Source: a virus
Taxonomy: Duplodnaviria > Caudoviricetes
DNA: 61,931 bases
Virus record (IMG/VR): IMGVR_UViG_3300008267_000131
Span: 1-61,931 of that record
Reading direction: 5' to 3' (one strand)
Part shown: one piece after another, positions 46,681-55,400 of the stretch
How positions within the stretch are numbered: the first letter of the stretch is position 1
Layout of the letters: each line of letters begins with the position of its first letter
Notes under the pieces: model-generated
The model's database searches: none
What the model was told of the DNA's origin: nothing
What the model saw: only the letters and a program-made list of their open reading frames with translations
Program-made: the position numbers and the translations under genes

Positions 46681-48144
46681 ATGGAATTTTTAATCAAAAC
46701 CACGGCCGGTCAACAATTATCTTCTAAATCATTAGACACGGCACTTCGTGACGCCGGGCTTCACAAAGCCGGAGGCAGACTCACTAAATCTCAAGCCCTT
46801 TTTCGAATCAAGAAAAACGGAGCCTCTTTATACATCAGAAAGAATCACTATGAAGGCTGGACTTTAGTCGAAGACGTAGAGCAATTCACCTCGGGAGAAT
46901 CAACCTCTCAAGGCGGAAGCCCCGACGATGGACTCTCTGATTCTCAACCAATTCAATCAACCAACCCCGACATGACAACCACCACAATTCAACAAGAAGT
47001 AAAACAAAAGTCTAAAGCCGACCGCATTGCTGAACTCGAGCAAGAACTCAAGGACAAACAAGAGCGCAAGGAATCATTAGAGCAAGAGAAGCAAGAGCAT
47101 AAGAAAGACCTTGCCGAGGCTTGCGAACGCCAACAAAAACTCGAGGACATTGGTCTATGGGATGATGATTCTATGACTACTGCCCGTGAGTCTATTGAGC
47201 AGACCCAAGCCGATGCCCTAAGCCAAGCCGATGATGCTCAAGACTTGATAGAGCAGACCGAGCAGCGGATTGAGGAAATCGAGAAGGAACTCGAAGAACT
47301 CAAGGCTGCACCCGAGGAGTCTACTGATGTTCCGGTCGGCAAGAGCAAGGTCAAGCACCCAATGCAAGATGTCTTGATTCGTCGATGCAAGGCTGTTCAG
47401 ACCGCTCACAATATGAGTCAAGATGCTTTGTATCCTATGCTTGTTGGCCCGGCTGGCTCCGGTAAGACTACGGCAGCAAGGAATGTCGCTCTTGAGATAT
47501 TCGGTGAGACTGCTATCGAGGATGGCAAGTTCGGCATGATGTCTCTCAATGAAGAATCAGAACGCAGCGAAGGCTTCGGCTTCATTAGCCCTATCGACAA
47601 GATGTACAAGTCTACGGACTTCCGCAGAATCTATGAGAACGGCGGAGTATTCTTACTTGATGAGGTCGATGCTGCCAACGCCAACACCTTGACTGCTCTG
47701 AACGCTGCTATCTCGGCTCCGTTTGCTTCATTCCCCGACAAGATTGTCAAGCGCAGCCCTGACTTTATTCTGATTGCAGCAGCCAACACCTTCGGCAACG
47801 GAGCGGATGGCTTGTATGTTGGTCGGAATGAATTAGACGCAGCGACTCGTGACCGATTCTTGACTATGGTTTGGAACTACGATTGGGATGGCATTCGTGC
47901 TGCTCGCCCCGGACACAAGGCTCTTGTGACTCTTATTGAGCGGTTGTCTAACGCTGCCATTTCATTAGAGATGCAGCACATTATCTCTCCTCGGGCTGCA
48001 CTCTTTGCTCCATTCATGATTGCTCAAGGTGATTCATTGAAGGAGGCACTTGATGCTTGTGTATTCAAAGGACTACCGAAGGATGATGTAGATACTCTGC
48101 TATCCAAAGTAGGTATGTCTGTCTCTGAATTGGAAACTATCTAA
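46681..48144 (+). CDS. MoxR/CbbQ-type AAA+ ATPase with N-terminal coiled coil (487 aa)
   Basis: Walker A GPAGSGKT, Walker B FLLDE, AAANT.G.G, LDAATRDRF, ISPRA. Confidence 0.9.
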   Translation: MEFLIKTTAGQQLSSKSLDTALRDAGLHKAGGRLTKSQALFRIKKNGASLYIRKNHYEGWTLVEDVEQFTSGESTSQGGSPDDGLSDSQPIQSTNPDMTTTTIQQEVKQKSKADRIAELEQELKDKQERKESLEQEKQEHKKDLAEACERQQKLEDIGLWDDDSMTTARESIEQTQADALSQADDAQDLIEQTEQRIEEIEKELEELKAAPEESTDVPVGKSKVKHPMQDVLIRRCKAVQTAHNMSQDALYPMLVGPAGSGKTTAARNVALEIFGETAIEDGKFGMMSLNEESERSEGFGFISPIDKMYKSTDFRRIYENGGVFLLDEVDAANANTLTALNAAISAPFASFPDKIVKRSPDFILIAAANTFGNGADGLYVGRNELDAATRDRFLTMVWNYDWDGIRAARPGHKALVTLIERLSNAAISLEMQHIISPRAALFAPFMIAQGDSLKEALDACVFKGLPKDDVDTLLSKVGMSVSELETI

Positions 48145-48237
48145 TTGATTCAATATGATTATTATTGCCGTGTTCCTTGTGCTTGTTGCACTTGCTTATG
48201 ACACTTCCAAAGAAATTCACCATTAAAATTCAAAGAC

Positions 48238-49086
48238 ATGATTTACAAACACATGTATGATTCCCCTCGGGAATTGTTTCAGTTAGCCAAATCGCTGGCT
48301 ATGACCGGACAATCTTCTCACAACGGAGATGCCGATTTTACAGGTACCGAATCTTTTGAGGAGGCCGTAGCCCTAACCGACAACGGATGGAATCCAAGCG
48401 AACTCAAAGCCAAAGCCAAGTCTATTGGACTACGAGCCGAGAAGCAGCGGATGTCTACCAAGAAGGATAACCGGGGCAGCACTCTTTTGATTGACCGATA
48501 CACCGAAGGCAGTCCCGATTGCTTCCGCCGTAAGTATCGAGAGCCAAAGGAGGACAAGCATATTCCCTTAATCTTTGAGGTGAATGAGCCGGCTTCGGTC
48601 AGCAAGAATCAAATGTTCCTCAAGGCTTCGGTAATAACGCAAGTCGTAGAGAATCTGCGCAAGCAAGGAATCTCGACAAGTATCTATGCCTACTTCGCAG
48701 TCCATGGTTACGAACTTGAAATCATTGAGGCTATCCCGGTGAAGAAGCGCAGCGAGCGTCTGCAGATTCATAAACTTGGGGCGATGATGCACCCTTCCTC
48801 CTTCAGAAGAATCTACTTTGGTAGACTCGAGAACGGCAGCAAAGGTCGCAAGTCAGAGAACAATGTACTCAAAGATTGGCAGAAGATGCCCTTCGGTAGC
48901 GGCTATGGTCGACCCACCAAGGAATTGTCTACCAACGCAGTTCAGTTTATCAAAGACTCTCTGAAAATTGACCGAGCCATCATTATCTCGTCTATCTATG
49001 AATCAAGCATTAGCCTCCGCAATGAGAATGATGCAGCCAAATGGGTAAACAAGATTGTCGATGACTGCAATGCGATGTTCAAATGA
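48238..49086 (+). CDS. VWA-like partner of the AAA+ ATPase (282 aa)
   Basis: Follows the ATPase; FTGT.SF.EA, degenerate MIDAS (EVNEPASVS), HPSSFRR..F, GYG.P. Confidence 0.7.
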   Translation: MIYKHMYDSPRELFQLAKSLAMTGQSSHNGDADFTGTESFEEAVALTDNGWNPSELKAKAKSIGLRAEKQRMSTKKDNRGSTLLIDRYTEGSPDCFRRKYREPKEDKHIPLIFEVNEPASVSKNQMFLKASVITQVVENLRKQGISTSIYAYFAVHGYELEIIEAIPVKKRSERLQIHKLGAMMHPSSFRRIYFGRLENGSKGRKSENNVLKDWQKMPFGSGYGRPTKELSTNAVQFIKDSLKIDRAIIISSIYESSISLRNENDAAKWVNKIVDDCNAMFK

Positions 49087-49277
49087 AGAATCGCTATGTA
49101 TCCGCACTACTTGTTTTAGTCTTTGTCTATCTCACGACTAAAGCATTGGAGGCCGCAAGCAATGCGGCTTCCTTTCATCAGCACGTCAGATGGGATGCTA
49201 TATTCATATATGAAGGCATCCTACTTCTGATTGCAACTCTCCTCCTTGTCTTATCCTTAATCTCCAAAATCAAATGA
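49083..49277 (+). CDS. Small two-TM membrane protein (64 aa)
   Basis: Two hydrophobic segments; ATGA overlaps. Confidence 0.6.
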   Translation: MKNRYVSALLVLVFVYLTTKALEAASNAASFHQHVRWDAIFIYEGILLLIATLLLVLSLISKIK

Positions 49278-49768
49278 CACTCTCTTCTGAAATCAAATGG
49301 ATGGCTTTCAAAGCCGCACTCGAAACCAATCTCGATAGCCTTGTTCAAACCTTCCGAGGTGAGAAGGCTGGCATCACTATGAATGACGCTATGGAATTCA
49401 TAGACAAGCACTTCAAAAATTCTCTTGGTCATGACCTTGAGTATCATATTCGAAACAATGTCAAGCCCGACCACAAGGCAGCCAACAAAATGGTTGTCGA
49501 AACGCAGATGGGCGTTATACATTCTATCGAAAAGAATCTTGAAGAGCATGATGAAGTCTTATTAGACAAGCAGTCGGTAACGCAGTTTGCTCAAGCAGCA
49601 GTATGGATGCCGATAATGTTAGGGGTTGCTTTAGACATGTGCTATGTCAACTTCCAACATCATGGAATGATTGATGTTCAAATAGATTCAGTCATAGATG
49701 CCGGAACCGAAGAGGTATCCGGTGAACTCGATGACCTTCTCGGTGGACTTGGAATCACTAAAGAATAA
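49274..49768 (+). CDS. Hypothetical protein (164 aa)
   Basis: Coupled ORF with acidic LDDLLGGLGI end. Confidence 0.7.
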   Translation: MTLSSEIKWMAFKAALETNLDSLVQTFRGEKAGITMNDAMEFIDKHFKNSLGHDLEYHIRNNVKPDHKAANKMVVETQMGVIHSIEKNLEEHDEVLLDKQSVTQFAQAAVWMPIMLGVALDMCYVNFQHHGMIDVQIDSVIDAGTEEVSGELDDLLGGLGITKE

Positions 49769-49792
49769 TCTGCGCAATTAGTTGAACTTGAT

Positions 49793-49821
49793 GGGGAAGG
49801 GCGCAGCCTTCCCCTTCTTTT
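49793..49821 (+). terminator. Intrinsic terminator
   Basis: GGGGAAGG/CCTTCCCC stem followed by TTCTTTT. Confidence 0.75.
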
Positions 49822-49838
49822 AAATCCCTTAATTAATC

Positions 49839-49973
49839 ATGAACATACCACAAACAATCCAAGTCCCCGTCTACTACTACATTGCAGACAACGGACAACC
49901 CGTATTCGACATTGAACAAATGGAAGAATACTTTGCTCAAGAATTAGATAAATTGGAAAATCAAGAATACTAA
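49839..49973 (+). CDS. Small acidic protein (44 aa, not in track)
   Basis: MNIPQTIQVPVYYYIADNGQPVFDIEQMEEYFAQELDKLENQEY. Confidence 0.6.
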   Translation: MNIPQTIQVPVYYYIADNGQPVFDIEQMEEYFAQELDKLENQEY

Positions 49974-49979
49974 TTAATC

Positions 49980-50342
49980 ATGACACAACTTCAAACAATA
50001 GACAACTTCATCCTTTATATCACGTCTGCTTCAAGTAGTCAAGATGATTTATTCGATGAGCCGATGACATTCACGCCACGTCAACTATATGACTTGGCAG
50101 ATGTCTATTCTAAACAAGAATCTTCAAATGATAAGATTCATGTTTGCACCCACTTCCTTGGAACAACCGCCGATGTCGATGACTTCACGTTTGAATGGAT
50201 GAGTCTACTTGGTAGCCCGGTAACGGCAGAACTAAAGAAAGATTCTATGGGAGCGGTGAAGGCTTGGTATTGCGAGGCTTTTGTCACGAAAGACCAAATA
50301 GAATCTTTTGACATGAAATCAGATTGGATAATTAACAACTAA
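49980..50342 (+). CDS. Acidic hypothetical protein (120 aa)
   Basis: Track ORF with TAATC-ATG start context. Confidence 0.65.
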   Translation: MTQLQTIDNFILYITSASSSQDDLFDEPMTFTPRQLYDLADVYSKQESSNDKIHVCTHFLGTTADVDDFTFEWMSLLGSPVTAELKKDSMGAVKAWYCEAFVTKDQIESFDMKSDWIINN

Positions 50343-50349
50343 CACAACT

Positions 50350-50553
50350 ATGGAAACAAATCACATGGATTCTTACGGAGTCTTTTGTATGTGCGACCGA
50401 CTATTGACGTTTGGCGTATTAGACATCGATGAACTCGATACACGATGGGAAGTGTCTATTGCCGAATACAACAAGTTCCTAAAAAGCAAGTACAATGTTG
50501 ACACCAAGAGCGAACTTGACTGCATTGATGAATACATAACCAACACATTCTAA
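50350..50553 (+). CDS. Acidic hypothetical protein (67 aa)
   Basis: Track ORF, tightly packed. Confidence 0.6.
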   Translation: METNHMDSYGVFCMCDRLLTFGVLDIDELDTRWEVSIAEYNKFLKSKYNVDTKSELDCIDEYITNTF

Positions 50554-50555
50554 TT

Positions 50556-50867
50556 ATGGAAACCACATTCAACAAGTACAAGTACCTACAAGAACTAATC
50601 AATGAAGTCAAAGAAGGCATAGCCGATGGGACTATCAAAGATTGGGATGATGTATGCGACCTCGTAGACAATTCTATTTCTAATGAAGTTATATACTACG
50701 ACGACTCATTGCAAATCATATCTCAAACCGGTCTATATGATTGGTCTGGTATTGATGATGACCTGATTACCGATGTGACTCGTGTTGCCTATTGGGGCTT
50801 ACACAACTTTGTCTTTGAAGAATCAGAAGATGAGTTTAACTCAACAATCTTTAATCTACATGAATAG
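50556..50867 (+). CDS. Ocr (T7 gp0.3)-like DNA-mimic anti-restriction protein (103 aa)
   Basis: 24 D/E versus 5 K/R; KE.I....I.D.DD..D........N.V.YY.D pattern aligns by eye with T7 Ocr as I recall it. Confidence 0.62.
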   Translation: METTFNKYKYLQELINEVKEGIADGTIKDWDDVCDLVDNSISNEVIYYDDSLQIISQTGLYDWSGIDDDLITDVTRVAYWGLHNFVFEESEDEFNSTIFNLHE

Positions 50868-51108
50868 TCTTGAGTCAAAGATTAAAGCAATCCTCGAGAG
50901 GGGCGGCACTACTGCCGCTCCTTCGGGGGATGCCGAATGGAAGCCACAACGAGGAGAGATGGTGTATGTTACTGATGACCCCGAAGATTCAATAGAGCGA
51001 TGCCTACTCAGAGAATACATTGTGCAAGATGAGAAAGGAAAGCATTGGGCTTGGTCTAAAGAAAAAACGGATAAAGTATCTTGGCTTTATGTCTTCCAAA
51101 AGAAATAG
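50860..51108 (+). CDS. Hypothetical protein (82 aa; start revised)
   Basis: WKPQRGEMVYV.D motif; overlaps the upstream stop. Confidence 0.6.
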   Translation: MNSLESKIKAILERGGTTAAPSGDAEWKPQRGEMVYVTDDPEDSIERCLLREYIVQDEKGKHWAWSKEKTDKVSWLYVFQKK

Positions 51109-51241
51109 ATTTTATGAGGCATTCAATGCCGACACTCTCCGCTATGATGTCATAGACCGGAAGAGTCATAAGATAGTCCGTACCTTCGACAAGAAGTACG
51201 GGGCTATGATGTGGTCACTTATGTTAAACAACCGGGAATAA
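51089..51241 (+). CDS. Hypothetical protein (50 aa; start revised)
   Basis: YDVIDRKSHKIVRTF..KYGA. Confidence 0.5.
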   Translation: MSSKRNRFYEAFNADTLRYDVIDRKSHKIVRTFDKKYGAMMWSLMLNNRE

Positions 51242-51261
51242 TCCCACTAATCCTTAATCCT

Positions 51262-51420
51262 ATGAATGATTTAGATTTAGAACTCGTAAACATGTATATT
51301 CAAATGAAGCGGTCAGGGCATGGTCGTGCCGCTTTAGAACACAAGATTATCTGCAAAGACAAGGGGCATTACTCTGCCGTGTCTAAGATGAATCAGTATG
51401 ATGATGGAATCGAAGATTAA
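51262..51420 (+). CDS. Hypothetical protein (52 aa; start revised)
   Basis: ATG preceded by CCTTAATCCT. Confidence 0.5.
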   Translation: MNDLDLELVNMYIQMKRSGHGRAALEHKIICKDKGHYSAVSKMNQYDDGIED

Positions 51421-51625
51421 GTATGCGGTCGCAGTCGAGGGGTTATACATTGAGGTAACCCCCGACGCAGCCGATAGACTTCTCAAGGCAACCGAATACC
51501 TGGTGCTAAAGTCTAAAGGTCGTGATGTCTATCCAGCCCTTGCGCTTGCGCTCGATGAATTGGCTGAGCTCTCGGGAAAGCGTACCGAAACTGACAACGG
51601 GGATGCCCAAATAAATCTCCCGTAA
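51398..51625 (+). CDS. Hypothetical protein (~75 aa)
   Basis: Track ORF; exact start among tandem ATGs uncertain. Confidence 0.55.
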   Translation: MMMESKIKYAVAVEGLYIEVTPDAADRLLKATEYLVLKSKGRDVYPALALALDELAELSGKRTETDNGDAQINLP

Positions 51626-51643
51626 AATTTTTGGAAACTTTCC

Positions 51644-51673
51644 TTGTGTAATTGAAATTTGTTTTTATCTTTG
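51644..51673 (+). promoter_or_regulatory. Bacteroidota promoter for middle genes
   Basis: TTG at 51644-51646, 19-nt spacer, TATCTTTG at 51666-51673; intergenic. Confidence 0.75.
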
Positions 51674-51711
51674 TCGAGCAAAGTTGTTTTTGCAAAACTA
51701 AAATTTGATTT

Positions 51712-52098
51712 ATGAAACACTACGTTAAAGGGGTCGTAATCGACCCGAATCTCCAAACCGTATCTACTGCGGAAATCGCTGCAGATGAGGATGGTACGGT
51801 AAATCTTGGCGCACTATATGATGTGCTCGGATGCAACCTAGTAGATAGGTTCTCACTATCATCAGATGCCGACCTTATCATCGACGACGAGGGGCTGCTT
51901 AAGCCAAACAATCCCGGTTTTAAGATTGGAGATTATCCACGTTACTTCGCAGGCAAGGCTCTTATCTTGCGTGTAGATGGTGGCGAGTGGGTAAGCGTAC
52001 CGGCTGTAAACCTTGAGGCGTTGTACTCCATGATTGAGTGGGCTGCGCCTTCGGAGGTACAAGAGCAAGACATGAGTGTTAAAGTAACTACTATGTAA
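51712..52098 (+). CDS. DUF3846-like protein (128 aa)
   Basis: LY..LGC.LV...LIIDDEGLLK...FAG.ALI. Confidence 0.7.
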   Translation: MKHYVKGVVIDPNLQTVSTAEIAADEDGTVNLGALYDVLGCNLVDRFSLSSDADLIIDDEGLLKPNNPGFKIGDYPRYFAGKALILRVDGGEWVSVPAVNLEALYSMIEWAAPSEVQEQDMSVKVTTM

Positions 52099-52104
52099 TT
52101 AGCC

Positions 52105-52443
52105 ATGGAAAAAGTTGAATCAATTATTGAGCGCACTATCAAGGAACTTGAGAAGCGTGGCTACAACGTAAAGCAGTCTAGGAAGCAAAAGAACTCTAGC
52201 AAGTCAAAGTCCGTAGATGTTTCATTCGCAAAGAAACTGATGTTCGAGTCTATGTATCGCATACATGAGATAGCAAAAGACAAGGCTCAGTACAATCGGA
52301 TGTACTACGTTCTTAACAGCGAGGCTTCTTTTTCACACGAAGACGCAATGACTATCATTGACTTTCATTCACGTCAGTCCATGATTATACAACAATTAAT
52401 GCATGAATATTTCAAAGAAAAAACCCAAGCCATTAGTGAGTGA
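52105..52443 (+). CDS. Hypothetical protein (112 aa)
   Basis: Track ORF in the operon. Confidence 0.6.
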   Translation: MEKVESIIERTIKELEKRGYNVKQSRKQKNSSKSKSVDVSFAKKLMFESMYRIHEIAKDKAQYNRMYYVLNSEASFSHEDAMTIIDFHSRQSMIIQQLMHEYFKEKTQAISE

Positions 52444-52657
52444 ATCTCTTAAGTCAGCTTGTTTTATGATTTCGGAGACAAAGGGTTATCGTGGTATGGG
52501 CATCACGTCTATTGCCAAAGATTGTGGAGTAGGCCAAGACCGGCTGTACAAAATCATCGAAGGCAAGAGCGGGGTGCGTGGACTTCCATTCGAGGTCTAC
52601 CACAAAATGTCAAAACGATTCCCATTTGTCGAAGAACTGCTATCGAGGGCGTTGTGA
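52436..52657 (+). CDS. Cro/XRE-like HTH protein (73 aa; GTG start)
   Basis: GITSIAKDCGVGQDRLYKIIEG fits a helix-turn-helix. Confidence 0.6.
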   Translation: MSESLKSACFMISETKGYRGMGITSIAKDCGVGQDRLYKIIEGKSGVRGLPFEVYHKMSKRFPFVEELLSRAL

Positions 52658-53013
52658 CCGAAGAGTGGCGTTTGTGTGAGATGTTCCCCATGTACGAGGT
52701 CAGCAACTTCGGTAACGTAAGGAACGCAAAAAGCAAAAGGCTACGTCGTGCAGCAGACCGATACGGACATAGACAAGTACTACTTATTGTTGTCAAGGGT
52801 CGCAAAAGAAGATTCGCTACTATCGCAAGACTTGTTCTAATGGCATTCAAGCCGGAGGACATGGGGCTAACGAAGTGGTGGCACATCGATGGCGACAAGA
52901 CCAACGACCATGTAGACAATCTTAAGTGGGTGACTTGGAATGAACTTAGAAAACTGAGAAAGCGTGCTAAGCGGAAGGCACTAAGATTATCCGCACAAAA
53001 ACCTAAATCATGA
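52654..53013 (+). CDS. NUMOD4-HNH endonuclease-like protein (119 aa; GTG start)
   Basis: EEWR...YEVSNFGNVRN and HIDGDKTNDHVDNLKW; GTGA overlap. Confidence 0.8.
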   Translation: MTEEWRLCEMFPMYEVSNFGNVRNAKSKRLRRAADRYGHRQVLLIVVKGRKRRFATIARLVLMAFKPEDMGLTKWWHIDGDKTNDHVDNLKWVTWNELRKLRKRAKRKALRLSAQKPKS

Positions 53014-53447
53014 GTATAGTCCAAGGAGAAATCCAAAACATCGAGGTGACACCATTCAAAGACATGTTTCGTCACCAGCTTACTGTAAACGGCACCAAGT
53101 ATTCCGTATACAAGAAGTCTAACAATCCATTTGCAGCGATTGGCTCGTCCATCACGCTTCAAATCACCAACCCTACCGCCGGAACGGCAAAGGTTCTCGA
53201 GGTAGCAGGGTCGGCTCCGGTAACGCAGCAGTCATTTCAGCAGCCTTCATACACGCCACAACCGCAGTATGTCGCTCCGCAGCCTACGTACCAAGCGCCC
53301 GAGCCTAAGGCAGACAAGGATGTGCTTATCATCCGACAAACGTGCGTCAAGTCAGCTTGTGAGTTCTATGCCTCGCAGCCAATTGAAACGTATGATGATA
53401 TCATTGACCTCGCTCGTAAACTCGAGAACTATGTCTTGCAAGGATAG
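53010..53447 (+). CDS. Putative ssDNA-binding/annealing protein (145 aa)
   Basis: Beta-rich N-domain, Gln/Pro linker, KD.LIIRQ.C.K.A.EF C-domain. Confidence 0.5.
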   Translation: MSIVQGEIQNIEVTPFKDMFRHQLTVNGTKYSVYKKSNNPFAAIGSSITLQITNPTAGTAKVLEVAGSAPVTQQSFQQPSYTPQPQYVAPQPTYQAPEPKADKDVLIIRQTCVKSACEFYASQPIETYDDIIDLARKLENYVLQG

Positions 53448-53545
53448 AAGCGTGTTGTCTTTCATTGAGTGGATGGACAAAATTCAAAACATCTATGCTA
53501 GAAATAATTGGATGATGGATGTCGCAATCGCAAAACTGATGAGCA

Positions 53546-53692
53546 ATGAAATACGCAAACATTGATGAACTGAAGACCGACGTCATGCGCACTTGTTCGT
53601 TCCTTGAGCATTTCTATGAGGAACTTGATGAGTATGGCATGGAAGAGTACAAGAAGTTTATTAAAGTCCACGAATTCCTACAATCACTATGA
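53546..53692 (+). CDS. Hypothetical protein (48 aa, not in track)
   Basis: MKYANIDELKTDV...; ATGA overlap with the MazG-like gene. Confidence 0.5.
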   Translation: MKYANIDELKTDVMRTCSFLEHFYEELDEYGMEEYKKFIKVHEFLQSL

Positions 53693-54000
53693 GCGAAGAA
53701 CTAGAGTTTGAACACCTACGCACCGCCGTATTAGAATGGGCGGCAGAGCGTAGTCTACTGAAACCCGAGAATGCCTTCAAGCAAATGCTGAAGGTATCAG
53801 AGGAGGTCGGCGAGCTAGCCGGAGCCATTGCCAAGAATAACCGAGAGGATACCATTGATGCTATTGGCGACACACTTGTCACCATCATCATCCTATCGGA
53901 ACAACTTGGCTTAGACCCAACCGTTTGTCTATTGTCTGCCTATCAGACTATTGCCAACCGCAAGGGTAAGACTGTAAATGGTGTATTTATCAAAGAGTGA
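53689..54000 (+). CDS. MazG-like NTP pyrophosphohydrolase (103 aa)
   Basis: WA.ER.L...QMLK..EEVGELA...DAIGD.LVT...AY..I..RKG..VNG.F.K. Confidence 0.9.
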   Translation: MSEELEFEHLRTAVLEWAAERSLLKPENAFKQMLKVSEEVGELAGAIAKNNREDTIDAIGDTLVTIIILSEQLGLDPTVCLLSAYQTIANRKGKTVNGVFIKE

Positions 54001-54257
54001 TGAGCGAAGAACTTGCACACGATGATGTAGCATGCAACGTATGCGGCCGTGTCGGATTCCATGCGGATGATTGCTGGAAGCGTTCATTCATTGCATACAT
54101 ACCCAATAAGCATGTACTTGGTTTGTCTAAGGACAAGTCAAGCCTAGAGACTCTTTATGCAAATAAGGAGGGAGTTGTTATTGAGGAGCGTGACCCATTT
54201 GGAAACTATCCATATTACCACACTGAATTTTATTACCCATCACTTCGTGAAGACTGA
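53997..54257 (+). CDS. Hypothetical protein with CxxC..H..C motif (86 aa)
   Basis: CNVCGRVGFHADDC. Confidence 0.55.
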   Translation: MMSEELAHDDVACNVCGRVGFHADDCWKRSFIAYIPNKHVLGLSKDKSSLETLYANKEGVVIEERDPFGNYPYYHTEFYYPSLRED

Positions 54258-54573
54258 TTTATTTGTAAAGAGAGTGCGTGAGCGCATGGCACGTTCGATG
54301 AGCGTGTTAGACAGCAAGCGCAAAGAGTATGTGTTCAATGACAATCCATTCCAAAACTTTGAAGAGGGTGTTGGTCTAAGCGTCGTAAGCACAAGAGAGG
54401 CTGTAACCTATGGGTATGCAGTAAAGCACCTGCAGTCAGTTCGGGCTATCATCGATAATTTCGAGTCTACAGGAGCCCTTCCGGATGAGGCGGTGATACA
54501 AGAAAAGTTTGGTGATGCAATTAATTATCTAATCATCTTAGAGCAAATGCTTCTTGAGCATTTAGAAGACTAA
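54247..54573 (+). CDS. All-alpha nucleotide-modification-associated (Nmad1-like) protein (108 aa; GTG start)
   Basis: K.KEY...PFQNFE...KH...EKFGDAINYLIIL. Confidence 0.65.
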   Translation: MKTDLFVKRVRERMARSMSVLDSKRKEYVFNDNPFQNFEEGVGLSVVSTREAVTYGYAVKHLQSVRAIIDNFESTGALPDEAVIQEKFGDAINYLIILEQMLLEHLED

Positions 54574-54676
54574 TAATGGGCAGCAGCAAGTTGGTTACGC
54601 TATGCATTAGGTTGTTCCGGTGGGGCATAGCGGCTGCCTTTTTTAGACTTTTATGCAATTCATACACTTGGTACCA

Positions 54677-54937
54677 ATGAACAAGTACACCAACAGATAC
54701 GGAGACGAGTTTACGTTTGAGAAGAACGAGAACGGCAACATTGACTGGAAGGGGAACTTCAAGTACACACGATTCGGATGGGATGACGATGACAACATCA
54801 TATTCGTAGACCCAAGCGGTGGCCCATTTATATCTATTGGCTACCCACTTGAGGTCGCAGAAATCGACCGCAAGGTTGTTGGGTTTATAGACCACACAAC
54901 TCATTGGGAGATTCTAATTGAGGATAATGTGCAATGA
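54677..54937 (+). CDS. Conserved phage protein (86 aa; start revised)
   Basis: NRYGDEFTF...FVDPSGGPFI. Confidence 0.65.
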   Translation: MNKYTNRYGDEFTFEKNENGNIDWKGNFKYTRFGWDDDDNIIFVDPSGGPFISIGYPLEVAEIDRKVVGFIDHTTHWEILIEDNVQ

Positions 54938-55236
54938 AACGACTAACGAGAGAACAAAAGAAGGAGAAGGCAATGATTGACATCGTCAATAAGATGTTTG
55001 AGATTGCTGGACACGACGTTACCTACGACGACATCGTGGGCGTAGACGAGTGGTGGCAGAAGTACACTATGACTGTTGCTCAGGGAGATGAACTTGAGGA
55101 GTGGGGCAAGAAGTACCTTATGCGTGAACTCAAGATGCGAGCAGTCTACGCAGAGAAGGAAATGATGTGGTTCAGTGTAATGTGGGGGCTGAAGTATTCA
55201 GACTTTGACGAACACATTAAGAGTAAATTAAAATGA
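54934..55236 (+). CDS. Hypothetical protein (100 aa)
   Basis: MFEIAGH.VTY...WW..YTMT...WGLK; coupled ORF. Confidence 0.7.
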   Translation: MKRLTREQKKEKAMIDIVNKMFEIAGHDVTYDDIVGVDEWWQKYTMTVAQGDELEEWGKKYLMRELKMRAVYAEKEMMWFSVMWGLKYSDFDEHIKSKLK

Positions 55237-55400
55237 AAATAACACTTTGTCCATACGTACACCATTGTGGAGATGAATGTTGCTACACCACTGGGTATGA
55301 TGTGTGGGTAGATGGTAAGAGAATAGGATTTACCACTGGAGAAGATGCCCAAGAGTTAGCAGAGCTACTAAACGAAACCTTTAACACCAACGAGAAATGA
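55233..55400 (+). CDS. Hypothetical protein (55 aa, not in track)
   Basis: MKITLCPYVHHCGDECCYTTG...; ATGA overlaps on both sides. Confidence 0.65.
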   Translation: MKITLCPYVHHCGDECCYTTGYDVWVDGKRIGFTTGEDAQELAELLNETFNTNEK

